Positions 1-10,277 of a stretch of DNA of 64,000 nt are shown here, in pieces. A program made the position numbers and the translations under genes. The notes beneath the pieces were generated by a model, which saw nothing but the letters and a program-made list of their open reading frames with translations, searched no databases and was not told the origin of the DNA. The DNA comes from Cycas panzhihuaensis (taxonomy: Eukaryota > Plantae > Cycadophyta), in contig CM041465.1 in NCBI GenBank assembly GCA_023213395.1, positions 101,439,741 through 101,503,740 of the forward strand, written 5' to 3'. Position 1 is the first letter of the stretch. Every line of letters begins with the position of its first letter.

Positions 1-343
1 TATCGATTGGATACCAGTAGCAAGAGGTGGTCACATGCATCTATGTATTAGGATGCTTTGAGGACGAAGCATCTGAGGGCAGAGGGAATGTAGTGAACCT
101 ACACCACATGTTAGAGAGGGCTATGACCCTCCATTATATGAGGATTAATAGGATTGGTTGACATAAAGGTAGGAATATAATAATATGGGGATGAGTGTTA
201 TATATACCCCACTCTATTATAAAGGGGAGAATATGATACAATGATATGTTAATAGATGTTCTTTGAAACCCTTCCTTCTTCTTTCATCTTATTTCTTCTA
301 TTTCTCTTTATATTGATTTGGTTACAGGATTAGGCATGTAACA
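1..343 (+). mobile_element. 3' end of a Gypsy-derived LTR element (PPT + 3' LTR 89-343), same family as 19374-23318 and 51762-59036; inserted in the gag of Copia A
   Basis: GGATGCTTTGAGGACGAAGCATCTGAGGGCAGAGGGAA|TGTAGTGA matches the reverse complement of 19683-19728. The LTR ends GGTTACAGGATTAGGCATGTAACA, like the LTR at 23002. Copia gag codons resume right after 343. Confidence 0.85.
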
Positions 344-1413
344 ACCTACGTGATCTATCTAATGAACTATGATGGAGCCCTCAGCACCATCTTAACCTCT
401 CTCTTACTAGAAATACATAGATAATTCATTGATTTAGATAAACTTGCAACTATTTAAGCTAAGTTAAAAGAAAAGTATGATAAGGTAGACACCACTTAAA
501 TTGCCATACTTTAGCAAAAAAAATATGACTTAAAATTTGAGAATTTTCCTAGAGTTGAGAAGTTTCTATCAAATCTTTAACTCATAAGTATAGATCTAGG
601 AAACTACACTAAATTAATTAAGGAAGATGATAAAATAATAATCATAATCCATGCAAAAAATAATGATACACTCATTCATCTTACCATCAATAAACTTCTA
701 AAGTCTTTCAATTAATATAAAATTGCTAGACAATAGTGTGGGCACCCCCCTACTTCATTTGATCAACTTACAAATCAACTGCTTAAATATTAGTCTATAT
801 TAGTTTAAACAAAAGAAATTTGAGATCCTTTTCATGCTCTTTCCTACAAAAATAAGCCACAAAATAAATCTAGAAATCAAAATAATTAATAAAACAATAA
901 TAATAATCATCCCAAATCTCAAAAACCTTATAGAGGTTATTCTTTAAATAACAATTATAATTAAAATTCTAAATATATAGGAACATCTAAAAACTAAAAC
1001 TCAATACTTGGGCATTCATTTCAAACAAAAAATACTTTTAAAGTTTATTATAATCAAAAGATCACTTGTGGTTATTACCATAAAAAAGGGCACATAATAG
1101 ATGTTTGTAGAAATATGTTAGCATCTAAATCTTGGAAAGCTTTAAAAGGGATTTAATTAAGATCCCACAATTCTCTAACTACTTCTACTTCTACCTTTTC
1201 AACACCTACCATAATATCACTCTCCTCGATTCTAGATTTTGGTGCTTTCCATCGCATAACAAGACATAAGGAGTATCTATTTACTTATCAACTAGGTTCT
1301 AATTCTGAAGAGAAAATCTCTTTTAGTAGTAGTTTCTAACTGAAAGTTGAAGGAACAGATGATGTAAACTTGAAAAATAGTTATATTAATGATGTTTTTT
1401 ATATTCTCAAATT
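344..1413 (+). pseudogene. gag-pol: Copia A gag and protease remnants
   Basis: Translates DGALSTILTSL..I*AKLKEKYDKVD (gag), CGYYHKKGHIIDVC (CCHC knuckle, ~1067-1108) and ILDFGAFHRIT (protease DSGA motif, ~1228). Many stop codons. Confidence 0.85.
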
Positions 1414-1418
1414 ATTAC

Positions 1419-1846
1419 CATTGGGGTTAATGCTCATCACCCCTCTCCCACATTCCAACCAAGAGTGCACACCTCATCTTCATCAATTTGTGCTCAACAT
1501 GTCTAGGTAAGTATAAGATAAGTTTAGTTAATTTGAGTTAAGTTTATTTTGAGTTAAGTTTATATTATTTTATTGTTATTTAAATTTTAGGGGTTTAGAA
1601 GTTTCCCTCCTCTCCCGAACTATATAATTTTAGGTGTATGTAACCTTGGTGTCTTTAGACAGTGCCTTCATTATTGGACATTTGTACTACTCTCTTTACA
1701 AAATGGATTGAATACAATGGCTCTCATGTTTGTGCAATAATGATGTATTGATATATTGATGATTTATTCATGTTTTGCCCTATTCTCCTGCATTCTATTT
1801 CCTTCATCTGGTATCAAAGCTTGCTTTAGCTCTATTATTTCCTTCA
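1419..1846 (+). repeat. 5' LTR of element 1419-5745
   Basis: Aligns end to end with 5308-5745 apart from a 10-bp indel and substitutions. Confidence 0.95.
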
Positions 1847-1848
1847 TA

Positions 1849-1860
1849 TGGTATTAGAGC
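1849..1860 (+). promoter_or_regulatory. Primer binding site, tRNA-iMet type
   Basis: TGGTATTAGAGC two bases after the LTR end (consensus TGGTATCAGAGC). Confidence 0.9.
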
Positions 1861-2374
1861 AAAAATTTTACTGGGCTATTGCATATTCATTTAAAGTTTT
1901 GTGAAGAAAAAAGAAGATTTATTGGCATTTTGAAGCAAATCTACTTACAAGCAAGCAATACCAGTTATATTCATTTTCTGTAAAGTTTTTTTAGCAGTTT
2001 TTTATATTTTTTATCAAATTTGATTATTCTTGAAGATATACTTATGCTATAACAAACATATTTAAGATTTGTTTCAGATTTATATAGGTGCATAGCTAAA
2101 AAATAGCAAATATCAAGCTTTTATCACTTTATAAGAGGTTTTATCAATATTTTTTATATATTTCAGTTATGTATTTGATATTTTTGAAACATATTTTATC
2201 TATTTATTCATTACTCTTTCATATCTGCGTAGGAGTTCAACTACAAGCAACATTTGCTTAAAGTTTTCTTTAGATATGTTATATATCCTTCAGATTGGCT
2301 TATTTTATAAAATATGTGACAGTTTTTTGGCTTATTTTGTTCAAATCTATAATATCTACTCAAGTTTCCTTCAC

Positions 2375-2455
2375 ATCAGCTATATATTTTCTCAGATCTA
2401 TTATATATTTTTTCAGATCTACTATATATTTTTTAGATCTACTTATTTATGAATT
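2375..2455. repeat. Degenerate ~21-bp minisatellite (TCAGATCTACTATATATTTTT) in the element leader
   Basis: About 4 adjacent imperfect copies. Explains the repetitive ORF 2295..2504. Confidence 0.75.
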
Positions 2456-2627
2456 ATTTTACTATTTTCTAGTTTATTTGTTTCAAATCTACAATATTCA
2501 TTAAAGTTTTCTTTCAAATCTGCTTATTTTAGCATATATTTGATCATTTTTTTCAAGTTCTTCTTTTAGATCTATAAATTTTGAGGCATATTCAACTTTC
2601 TGGAGAAGCATATACAATAGATCTCAC

Positions 2628-2861
2628 TAGTGGTAAAATAGTACCCACAACAATATCTCCAACTACATATGGACTAATTCTAGTCTTATCAATCAATGCC
2701 TTTAAAACTGGTGCAAGCAAGTCATCAAGGAAAGTATCCTTAAAACCTCCATGATTAGACTTGCAAATAGGGGTGCGATAAGCAGCAACAATCACAACAT
2801 TATCATCAAAGTGAGTAGTTCTATGATAAGTTACCCTGTCTCCAGTAACACATACTGAGAG
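2628..2861 (-). pseudogene. KAT2: Captured N-terminal fragment of peroxisomal 3-ketoacyl-CoA thiolase (KAT2/PED1 family), intron-less
   Basis: Minus strand reads LSVCVTGDRVTYHRTTHFDDNVVIVAAYRTPICKSNHGGFKDTFLDDLLAPVLKALIDKTRISPYVVGDIVVGTILP. This is colinear with plant KAT2 as recalled (SACLAGDSAAYQRTSLYGDDVVIVAAHRTPLCKSKRGNFKDTYPDDLLAPVLRALIEKT..EVGDIVVGTVL). Confidence 0.95.
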
Positions 2862-2930
2862 TCAATTTTAAACCTTAAGTGGAGGACTGTTGCATCCCTT
2901 CTCTAGCATCGTTCCTCTTTGCGCTGCTTC

Positions 2931-2990
2931 TAGTGGTCGTGCATTTGCTTAGTAAATGAAAGGTTGCAAGTTTGACCCTCACCGGGAGCT
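2931..2990 (+). pseudogene. Decayed, 5'-truncated tRNA-Thr(AGT)-derived sequence
   Basis: TGGT.. D-loop remnant, then TTTGC-TT-AGT-AA-ATGAA, AGGTT, GCAAG-TTTGACC-CTCAC, CGGGAGC-T at canonical tRNA spacing. Reversing C>T/G>A changes restores perfect stems TTCGC/GCGAA and GCGAG/CTCGC and a TTCGA loop. The 5' acceptor strand is not recognisable. Confidence 0.75.
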
Positions 2991-2998
2991 CCCTCCTT

Positions 2999-3097
2999 AC
3001 TCCAACATTCGGTGCTACTAGTGCTCCTACTGTTGGTGCTTCAATTGCTCCTGCCTTTGGGTTTGGTACCCATAATTTTGGTCAATTTGCACCTCTG
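2999..3097 (+). pseudogene. NUP98: Captured FG-repeat fragment of a Nup98-like nucleoporin
   Basis: Reads TPTFGATSAPTVGASIAPAFGFGTHNFGQFAPL, matching the plant Nup98 8-aa repeat (TPAFGASS) and its ending (FSFGSSPAFGQS). Confidence 0.75.
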
Positions 3098-4552
3098 ATC
3101 CATGCCTCTTTTCTTAGGAAGACATCATTGTAGTCGCCATCTCCATAGTAAAGGTGTGGTGAAGTCCGACAACAGGCAGCGGGGTATGGCGAAGCATCAG
3201 CAGCGGCTTATTCAAATCATTTTTTTAATATATTTTTTATATATACAAAGTTTTAAAAAATTAAATTGTATTGTATATAACTTCAATTCCGTGGTTTAAA
3301 AGATATTAGCCCCCTTAAGTTTTAGCCCCCCGCTACCATACTTATCGTGTGACTATTAACACATTTCAAAAGGGGCTAATTCAATCTTTTATGAAATTTT
3401 TCTTGTTTTTTTTTTTTTTTTTTTTTCATTTTACATAGGGTAACTTGCATTTTTTTTTGCCATAACTTTTCACTAGGTCATCGGTTTCTGACAAAACCTA
3501 TCCTGTTGCATCTGGAATTTTTTGTAGTGTGATTTTGACTAGTCATATAACCAATTTGGAGCTAATTTCGCCCATTCAATTAGTTTAAAGTCAATCAGCA
3601 CTTTTTTAAGTCATTTTAAATTTTTTCATAAAAACCTTTTTTTGTCAGATTATATTTTCTCACCGGGTGATTATTTACCACTTGGATCTATTCTATAGTT
3701 ATCTATTATCAATAAACTTTATTACCATTTATTTATTTCATTTTTTAAAACTTATTTTAATCACTGAAAGTGACACTTTAGTATTTTTTTAGCACTTTTT
3801 AACATTTTTACCATAAAAGTACTTGTTGTCATTTTCATTATAACTTCTCTGTTTTATATTAGAATTTAGTTCTATTAGTTTTTTTGGGAAGTTGACTCAC
3901 TCCTCTTCGAACTAACACTATTTTTTATAAGTTTTTAATTATTTTTGTTGATTTTTAAAAGTATTAAAGTAGATGTACTTAATAGCCTCTAATCTGCCAT
4001 TATTACATATTTTGTATATAGTATTTCTTAATTTTTTAAATTGAAAGATATTAAGCAGCTCTCTAAGATATATTTAATCATTTTACAGCATTCTATAAAG
4101 TTTTATTAGCATTTTTATACTATTTTTGAGGTCCCTGCTCTTGTTAGGCCTCAAAAAGAGGTCTGTACCTTTGGTTCATCAAAATCAAAACTGATAGGAA
4201 CCCGTTTTCAAAACGGTTAGTTCCATTGAATAAATATTTCATTAATCTTCATATTGGTATAATTTCATATTATTCTGACATTGTTTAGTATAGCTTTGAA
4301 CCTGCTAAACTTGAGTATTTAAGATACATCAACATTACCTTATTCTGACATTTTATTTTTTATTTTCAAAGTATATTTCAGATTTGCATATTTAAGAGGA
4401 TATTTGTTACACTTCAAATTTACTAATATATTTATTATATTTCAAATTATATCTAAAATTATATGTTATAAGTTTGTCATATTTATTGATTTATTGAGTT
4501 TTTTGACTTAGTAAACACATATTCCTTTTATGTACTAAAGTCTTTTTGTAAA

Positions 4553-5307
4553 ATGGCAATCAATCATGATCAAGTGCAATTTCCTACTTTTGATGGCCAT
4601 AATTTTTCACTATGGTATAAGACTATGAAAATTTATTTTATTGCACATGGTCTTTGGACTTACTTACAGAATGACTATGATGTTAGTATTAAGGCAAACA
4701 TTAAGAAAGATAATGAAGCATTGGCTTTAATATTTTGCACTATAAATGATGATATCTTTTCTAAAGTTTCTGAATTAACAACTTCTAAATCTGTATAAAA
4801 TATTTTGATTTCTACTTATGGGGGAGATACCCTCAATGTACTTGATATTGATTTTGTTGAGCATATGAGACAGGTACTAGAAAAGGTGATTTGTAATGAC
4901 AAGACCAAGGAAGATTCCAATCAAATACATGATCATCTTGCTACACAAGAATCTGATCCTCTATTTGATGGGGAGAATGAATCTTATGATATGATAGAGG
5001 AGAGTTATGATGATATGATAGTTGTATATAACACAAAGTTTTCAAAAGATAAAGCTTTAGTTCAAAGTTTTCTTAAAGTTTCAGTTGACAAAGTCAAAGT
5101 TACAGCCACACATATACATTCAAATCAAGTTACATTCACTTATAGATTTTTTGCACCACTTTATAATAGAATGATACATGTTGCTAGAAGGTTAAAGCAA
5201 GTTAATAAAGATCAAGTTAAGAGACAGAATTTTAAAATTATTTTTAAGTACAAATTCCATAAGTTTAAAGAGAAGACATTGTTCGTAATGATCATTAAGA
5301 GGGAGAA
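4553..5307 (+). pseudogene. gag: Copia gag N-terminus fused in frame to an unrecognised acidic tail (one internal stop)
   Basis: ORFs 4553..4798 and 4805..5440 share a frame. FDGHNFSLWYKTMKIYFIAHGLW and KKDNEALALI are typical Copia gag N-terminal motifs. The TAA at 4796 sits where W is expected. Confidence 0.85.
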
Positions 5308-5745
5308 TGTTGGGGTTAATGCTCATCACCTCTCTCCCGCCTTCCAACTAGGAGTGCATACCTCATATTCATCAATTTACACATGTGGGTGCTCAACATG
5401 TGTAGGTAAGTATAAGGTAAGTTTAGTTAATTTGAGTTAAGTTTATTTTGAGTTAAGTTTACATTATTTTATTATTATTTAAATTTTAGGGGTTGAGGAG
5501 TTTCCCTCCTCTTCCAAACTATATAATTTTAGGGGTGTGCAACCCTCGTGTCTTTAGACACCGCCTTCATTATTAGATATTTGTACTACTCTCTTTATAA
5601 AATGGATTGAATATAATGGCTCTCATGTTTGTGCAACAATGATGTATTGATATATTGATGATTTATTCACGTTTTGCCCTATTCTCCTACATTCTATTTC
5701 CTTCATATGGTATCAGAGCTTGGTTTAGCTCCATTATTTCCTTCA
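5308..5745 (+). repeat. 3' LTR of element 1419-5745
   Basis: TG...CA after the PPT and followed by TSD ATTAC. Confidence 0.95.
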
Positions 5746-5750
5746 ATTAC

Positions 5751-8640
5751 TTAACCTGTTATTTATTTATCAGATTTGCCAGAAGAACCTTTTAATGGAA
5801 TTTTGGAAAGATAAATTCCTCACTAAATAACCTTTCAATAAGTTTAAACCTATTGTCTTTGGACCTGTTAATCACAAAATAGGCCTTTATAGTTTGACAA
5901 ACTTAACTCATTCAAAATATGAATCATTCACTTCATTTATAACTCAGTCTGACCCTACTAGTAGATTATGGCATGCACATTTTAGCTATATAAGCTATGA
6001 CAAATAGTATTTCTTAAATCAATATGATATGGTTTATGGTCTTTCTATATTATCTACTATATATAGTATTTGTAAAGCTTGTATTTTAGGCAAACAACAC
6101 ATAGAACCCTTCTTTTGCTAGACTACATTTTAAGTAAAATTATTACTTGAACTTATTCATTTAGATATTTGTGCTCCTTTTCAAGTATCCTCATATTCTG
6201 GCAATAGATATTTTGTAATTTTTATTGATGATTTCTCTAAAAAATGTTAGATTTACATGCTAAAGAATTAAAGTGAAGTTTTTAATATTTTTCTTCAATT
6301 TAAAATTTAGTTAAAAACTAGTGCAGTCTTAAAATCAAAATTTTAAAATCAGATAATGTTAAAGAATATTTAAGTAACAAACTTACTTACTTTTATACAA
6401 AGAATAAAATCATATTTTAACATTTAGTTGCTTATATTCTCCAACCAAATGATATTGCTGAACTAAAAACTATATATTGATAGAAATGACTAAATGTATA
6501 TTACATATAAAAAGTCTTGATCTAAAATTGTGGGCTAAAGCCATAGTTTACTCTAATTATTTGTTGAATATATTACAAACCAAAGCTTTAAACAATCTTA
6601 TGCCAAAACAAAAATGGTCTAATCATAAACCTTCTATAAAACACCTAAGAGTCTTTAGAAGCATTGATTTGGCACATGTTATAAAAAAGAAATATTAAAA
6701 ACTTAATCTGAAAGCTTAAGGTTTGTCTTAATTGGCTACAACAAAGAAAATAAAGCTTATCGATTGTTAGATATTATCACACACACTATTTCAATTAGAA
6801 GTGATGTTAATTTTAATAAAAAGGGATCTTCATCAAACTCTAATTCTAATTAAATTGATCTTCTTATTGAAAACATTTTAATTAATACTATTCCAACTAC
6901 TTGTCTAAAAAACCAACTTGAAAATGAAGTCATTGAAAGCTTAATAATATAATTCCAAAGCTGGACTTGAACTAAAAATAATAAATCTAATCTACTATCT
7001 TCTTCAAATTAACTCTCTAAAAGTAAACAACCTAAGTGGGTTTAAAAAATTCTTGCAGGTGCTAGTGTTGATGTTGGCAATCCATCAGATACTAGAAAAA
7101 CTAGATCCTAAAAACCTCAATCCAACTTTTTAGGAAGCATGTAACAATCTAATATGGCAACAAGCCGTGTAAAGTAAATACAAAACTCTTATAAAAAACT
7201 CTACTTGGGGCTTATTACCTCTTCCTTCAGGTAAAAATTTAGTAGACTATAAATGGGTTTATCATCCAAAATATAATTCTAAATGAGCCATTAAAAAATA
7301 GCATGCATGCCTAGTAGTAAAAGGTTTCTCATAAGTAAATGGTATTGATTATACTAAAACCTTTATCTTAGTTACAAAAATAAATACTACTAAGACTGTA
7401 ATTATACTTACAGTCAAGTTTGATTGGCAAATACATCAGATAGATGTAAAAAATAGTTTTCTTAATGGTAGTCTTAATAAAGAAATTTACATATCCCAAC
7501 CCCTTAGTTTCATAAGTAATCATAGTCTTATTTCTAAATTAAAAAAATCCTTGTATGGACTTAAATAAAACCCTTAGGCTTGGTATATCAAGATGGATAA
7601 TTATCTTATTCAAAATGGCTATATGAAATGTATAAGTGATCTTAAACTTTATTTCAAATGAGAAAATAATATTATTACTATTCTAATTTTATACGTTGAT
7701 GATATTATCATCATTGGGTCCTTACTCTTAGATATTTTTCAATTGAAATCTATCCTTATGAATAAATTTGAAATGATAGACTTAGGCCTTCTTCATTACT
7801 TTATGGGTTTATAAATCTATCAATCTTCCTTTTCAATTTTTATACCTTAACCTAAATATATAACTTACATAATTAAAAGATCTAATATAAAGAATTCTAA
7901 ACCATATCCAAGTCCTTTATAATTAAGTTTCAAACTATTAATTAATTATTAAACACTTCATTGTGATCCTCCTTTATATTGTCAACTAATTATAAGTCTT
8001 ATATATCTAATCCATACTCGTCTAGATATTTTCTATGTTATTATTTTATGTTTCAAGTACATGTAAAAATGACATGAATTACACTGGAAGGCGGTAAAAT
8101 ATATTTTACAATATTTTCAAGGTATGATTCATTATAGTTTAACTTATAATTATTATAACTCAAATCTTAAGTTGATAGATTATACTGATTCAAATTAGGC
8201 CATTGATTTCAATGATCACAAGTCATAGCTGGATGTATTTTCTTTCTTCATTCTTCACTCCTTATATCATCAAGTAAAAAGATGCAATCGCTTGTATTAT
8301 CTATAATTGAAGCTGGGTATTATGCATTGGTAGAAGTTAACAAAAAATATTTATAGATTAAATTATTATTAAATGAAATTAATTTATTTTCTACTTCTTC
8401 CATTCAAATAAAAGTAGATAATCAAGGTGTTATTTCTATCATAACTAATCATATAGCTCATTCTAAAATTAAATATATTAAATTACATTAATACTTTATT
8501 TGTAATCTTGTTAATGATAATATCATTAATCTTTTTTATTATCCTATAAATTTATAGATTGCAGATATATTGACAAAGCCCCTAACTAAAGCCAAGTTTA
8601 TTAAGTTACGAGAGTTATTGAAGGTTGATAAAGTCTTCAT
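5751..8640 (+). pseudogene. gag-pol: Copia A integrase, reverse transcriptase and RNase H remnants
   Basis: LWHAHF, CKACILGKQH and LIHLDICAPF (INT); HQIDVKNSFLNG and LILYVDDIII (RT); YTDS, VDNQG and IADILTKPL (RH). Dense stops and frameshifts. Confidence 0.93.
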
Positions 8641-9081
8641 CAAAGGGGAATTGACGTGTTGAAGTCTTCATCATTCTTCTTCTCCTTCTCTTATATTGAA
8701 GATAACATTAAAGTGGGATGTTAGAATTAATCTTATACATTAACGTATATATAATGTTATCTTATAAAATATATTTATATATTTAATTAATTATGTATTA
8801 ATAATTCAGTGTATGGATCATTGTCCAATATAACAATCTTTGTATTATCACCCTCACTAAAATTATATGAAACACTTCACATAGTTTCTCTAGGGTTGAC
8901 TAATAGAGAGAGAGGGATGTGATCTAAATATCTTTTGTACTATATATTTTGATATTTATAAACTATTATTTTGAGGTGGTTTTTCTTCCCCTGTAGGGGT
9001 TTTCCACCTATCCAGATCTATGTAATATTTTTTTATTGACTTATGTATGATTACTTGTATGTACTCCTCTCTCCAATAACA

Positions 9082-10277
9082 AAAAAGTATTTAGGCAGTT
9101 TGCATGAGACTATTATCAAACCAAACATAAAGTTATATAAGGAGATTTCTCTAATTTGGAGGAAGATTTATAATAGTATGGGCTTGTTCAATGTAAACAT
9201 CTCATGGAAGATCAATGATCGCAATAAGACTAATGTATGGTTGGATCTAATTCATGGGTTACCATTAATCTCTAATGATAAAAACTTTTATAGGCCTTTG
9301 ATTATGGTTTAAGATGAAAGAGATACATGTGGTTATTATTTGGAAAAAAAAAAAAGAGATGAGAGGAAAAACTACCATAAATCATTAAAGGGGTGGAAGA
9401 GTGGCATGGAATTTCACATATATTTTAACCAAAATATGAGCACCTCAAGTTGATGATTATGCAATAAAGGATTAGAATCAAGGAGGGAGATGATAACATT
9501 ATGTGGGTGCCTTATTTGGGTCTAAGTTCATGTACCATCAAGGTTATATATAGAATAATACAAGAAGAGAAGGGTCTCCTAAATTTACAAAGAGCTTCTT
9601 GGTGTAAACAATTGTGGGGAAACCCATCTGTCCTAAAAGTAGACCACTTTAATTGGCTTGTTATAAATAAAGTTATTTGAATTATAGAAAATCTACATAG
9701 GAGATGAATTGTAGGCCTACCCATATTCATGTTGTACAAAGGTTATGAAGAGAGTATAGAACATTTATTTATAAAATATTCTTTTACTCTAAATATATGG
9801 AGTCAAGTTTAAAGGCTTTCAAAATTCTCACTTCCTTAGCTTGATGATAATCAATACCTAACACATCTTAATATAATATAGGTTGGCAAGTTTTCTTCTC
9901 AACTTAAAGGCAAATTAGTTATCTAGTAAATTTGGATTATCTTACTTTGCATAGTCTATTGGTATATATGGTTATCATGAAATGAACTTATCTTTAAAGG
10001 GAAGACCCAAACAGTATTAACTTATTGGTTTCACATAAAAGTGTAGCTAAGGCTTTTAACTAGAACCTTTGAACTAGTTATCTAAATAAATAAGCCCCTT
10101 TCTATTAAGGAAATTAAAATGTTAGGTGATCTATATATATATATGTAAAGACTATTGGGCATGGTGATCATAAGGCTAAACACAAGCCAATATGGAAAAA
10201 AAACACATTATTATCTTTTCTTTAATGAGGCTTCAAAACATAATCTGAGTCTAGTTGGAGTTAAGGGTATTATCAAA
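9082..10277 (+). mobile_element. L1-type LINE ORF2 C-terminal remnant (post-RT region, zf-RVT, start of RNase H)
   Basis: SLIWRKI..ISWKIND..TNVWLD; LWGNPSVLKVDHFNWLV..EESIEHLF..IW (zf-RVT, ~9610-9800); FFNEASKHNLSLVGVKGIIK (FDGASKGNPG-like) cut at 10277. Confidence 0.85.

Larger units (their letters stand above)
1419..5745 (+). mobile_element. Non-autonomous Copia-derived gag-only (TR-GAG-like) LTR element carrying captured host fragments
   Basis: Direct repeats at 1419-1846 and 5308-5745. TSD ATTAC at 1414-1418 and 5746-5750. PBS at 1849-1860 and PPT AAGAGGGAGAA at 5297-5307. No PR, INT or RT inside. Confidence 0.95.
344..9081 (+). mobile_element. Copia A: heavily decayed Ty1/Copia element (5' end outside the window), 3' LTR ~8719-9081
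   Basis: Domain order gag-PR-INT-RT-RH. Purine tract AAAGTGGGA is followed by TGTTAG at 8719 and the LTR ends AATAACA at 9081. Interrupted by the element at 1419-5745. Confidence 0.9.

Noticed and set aside
2592-2795. Functional thiolase gene
   Set aside because: Only an N-terminal fragment with no real start or catalytic residues, enclosed in an LTR element.
2915-2993. Functional tRNA-Thr gene
   Set aside because: The 5' acceptor strand is missing and the stems are disrupted. Reported as a relic only.
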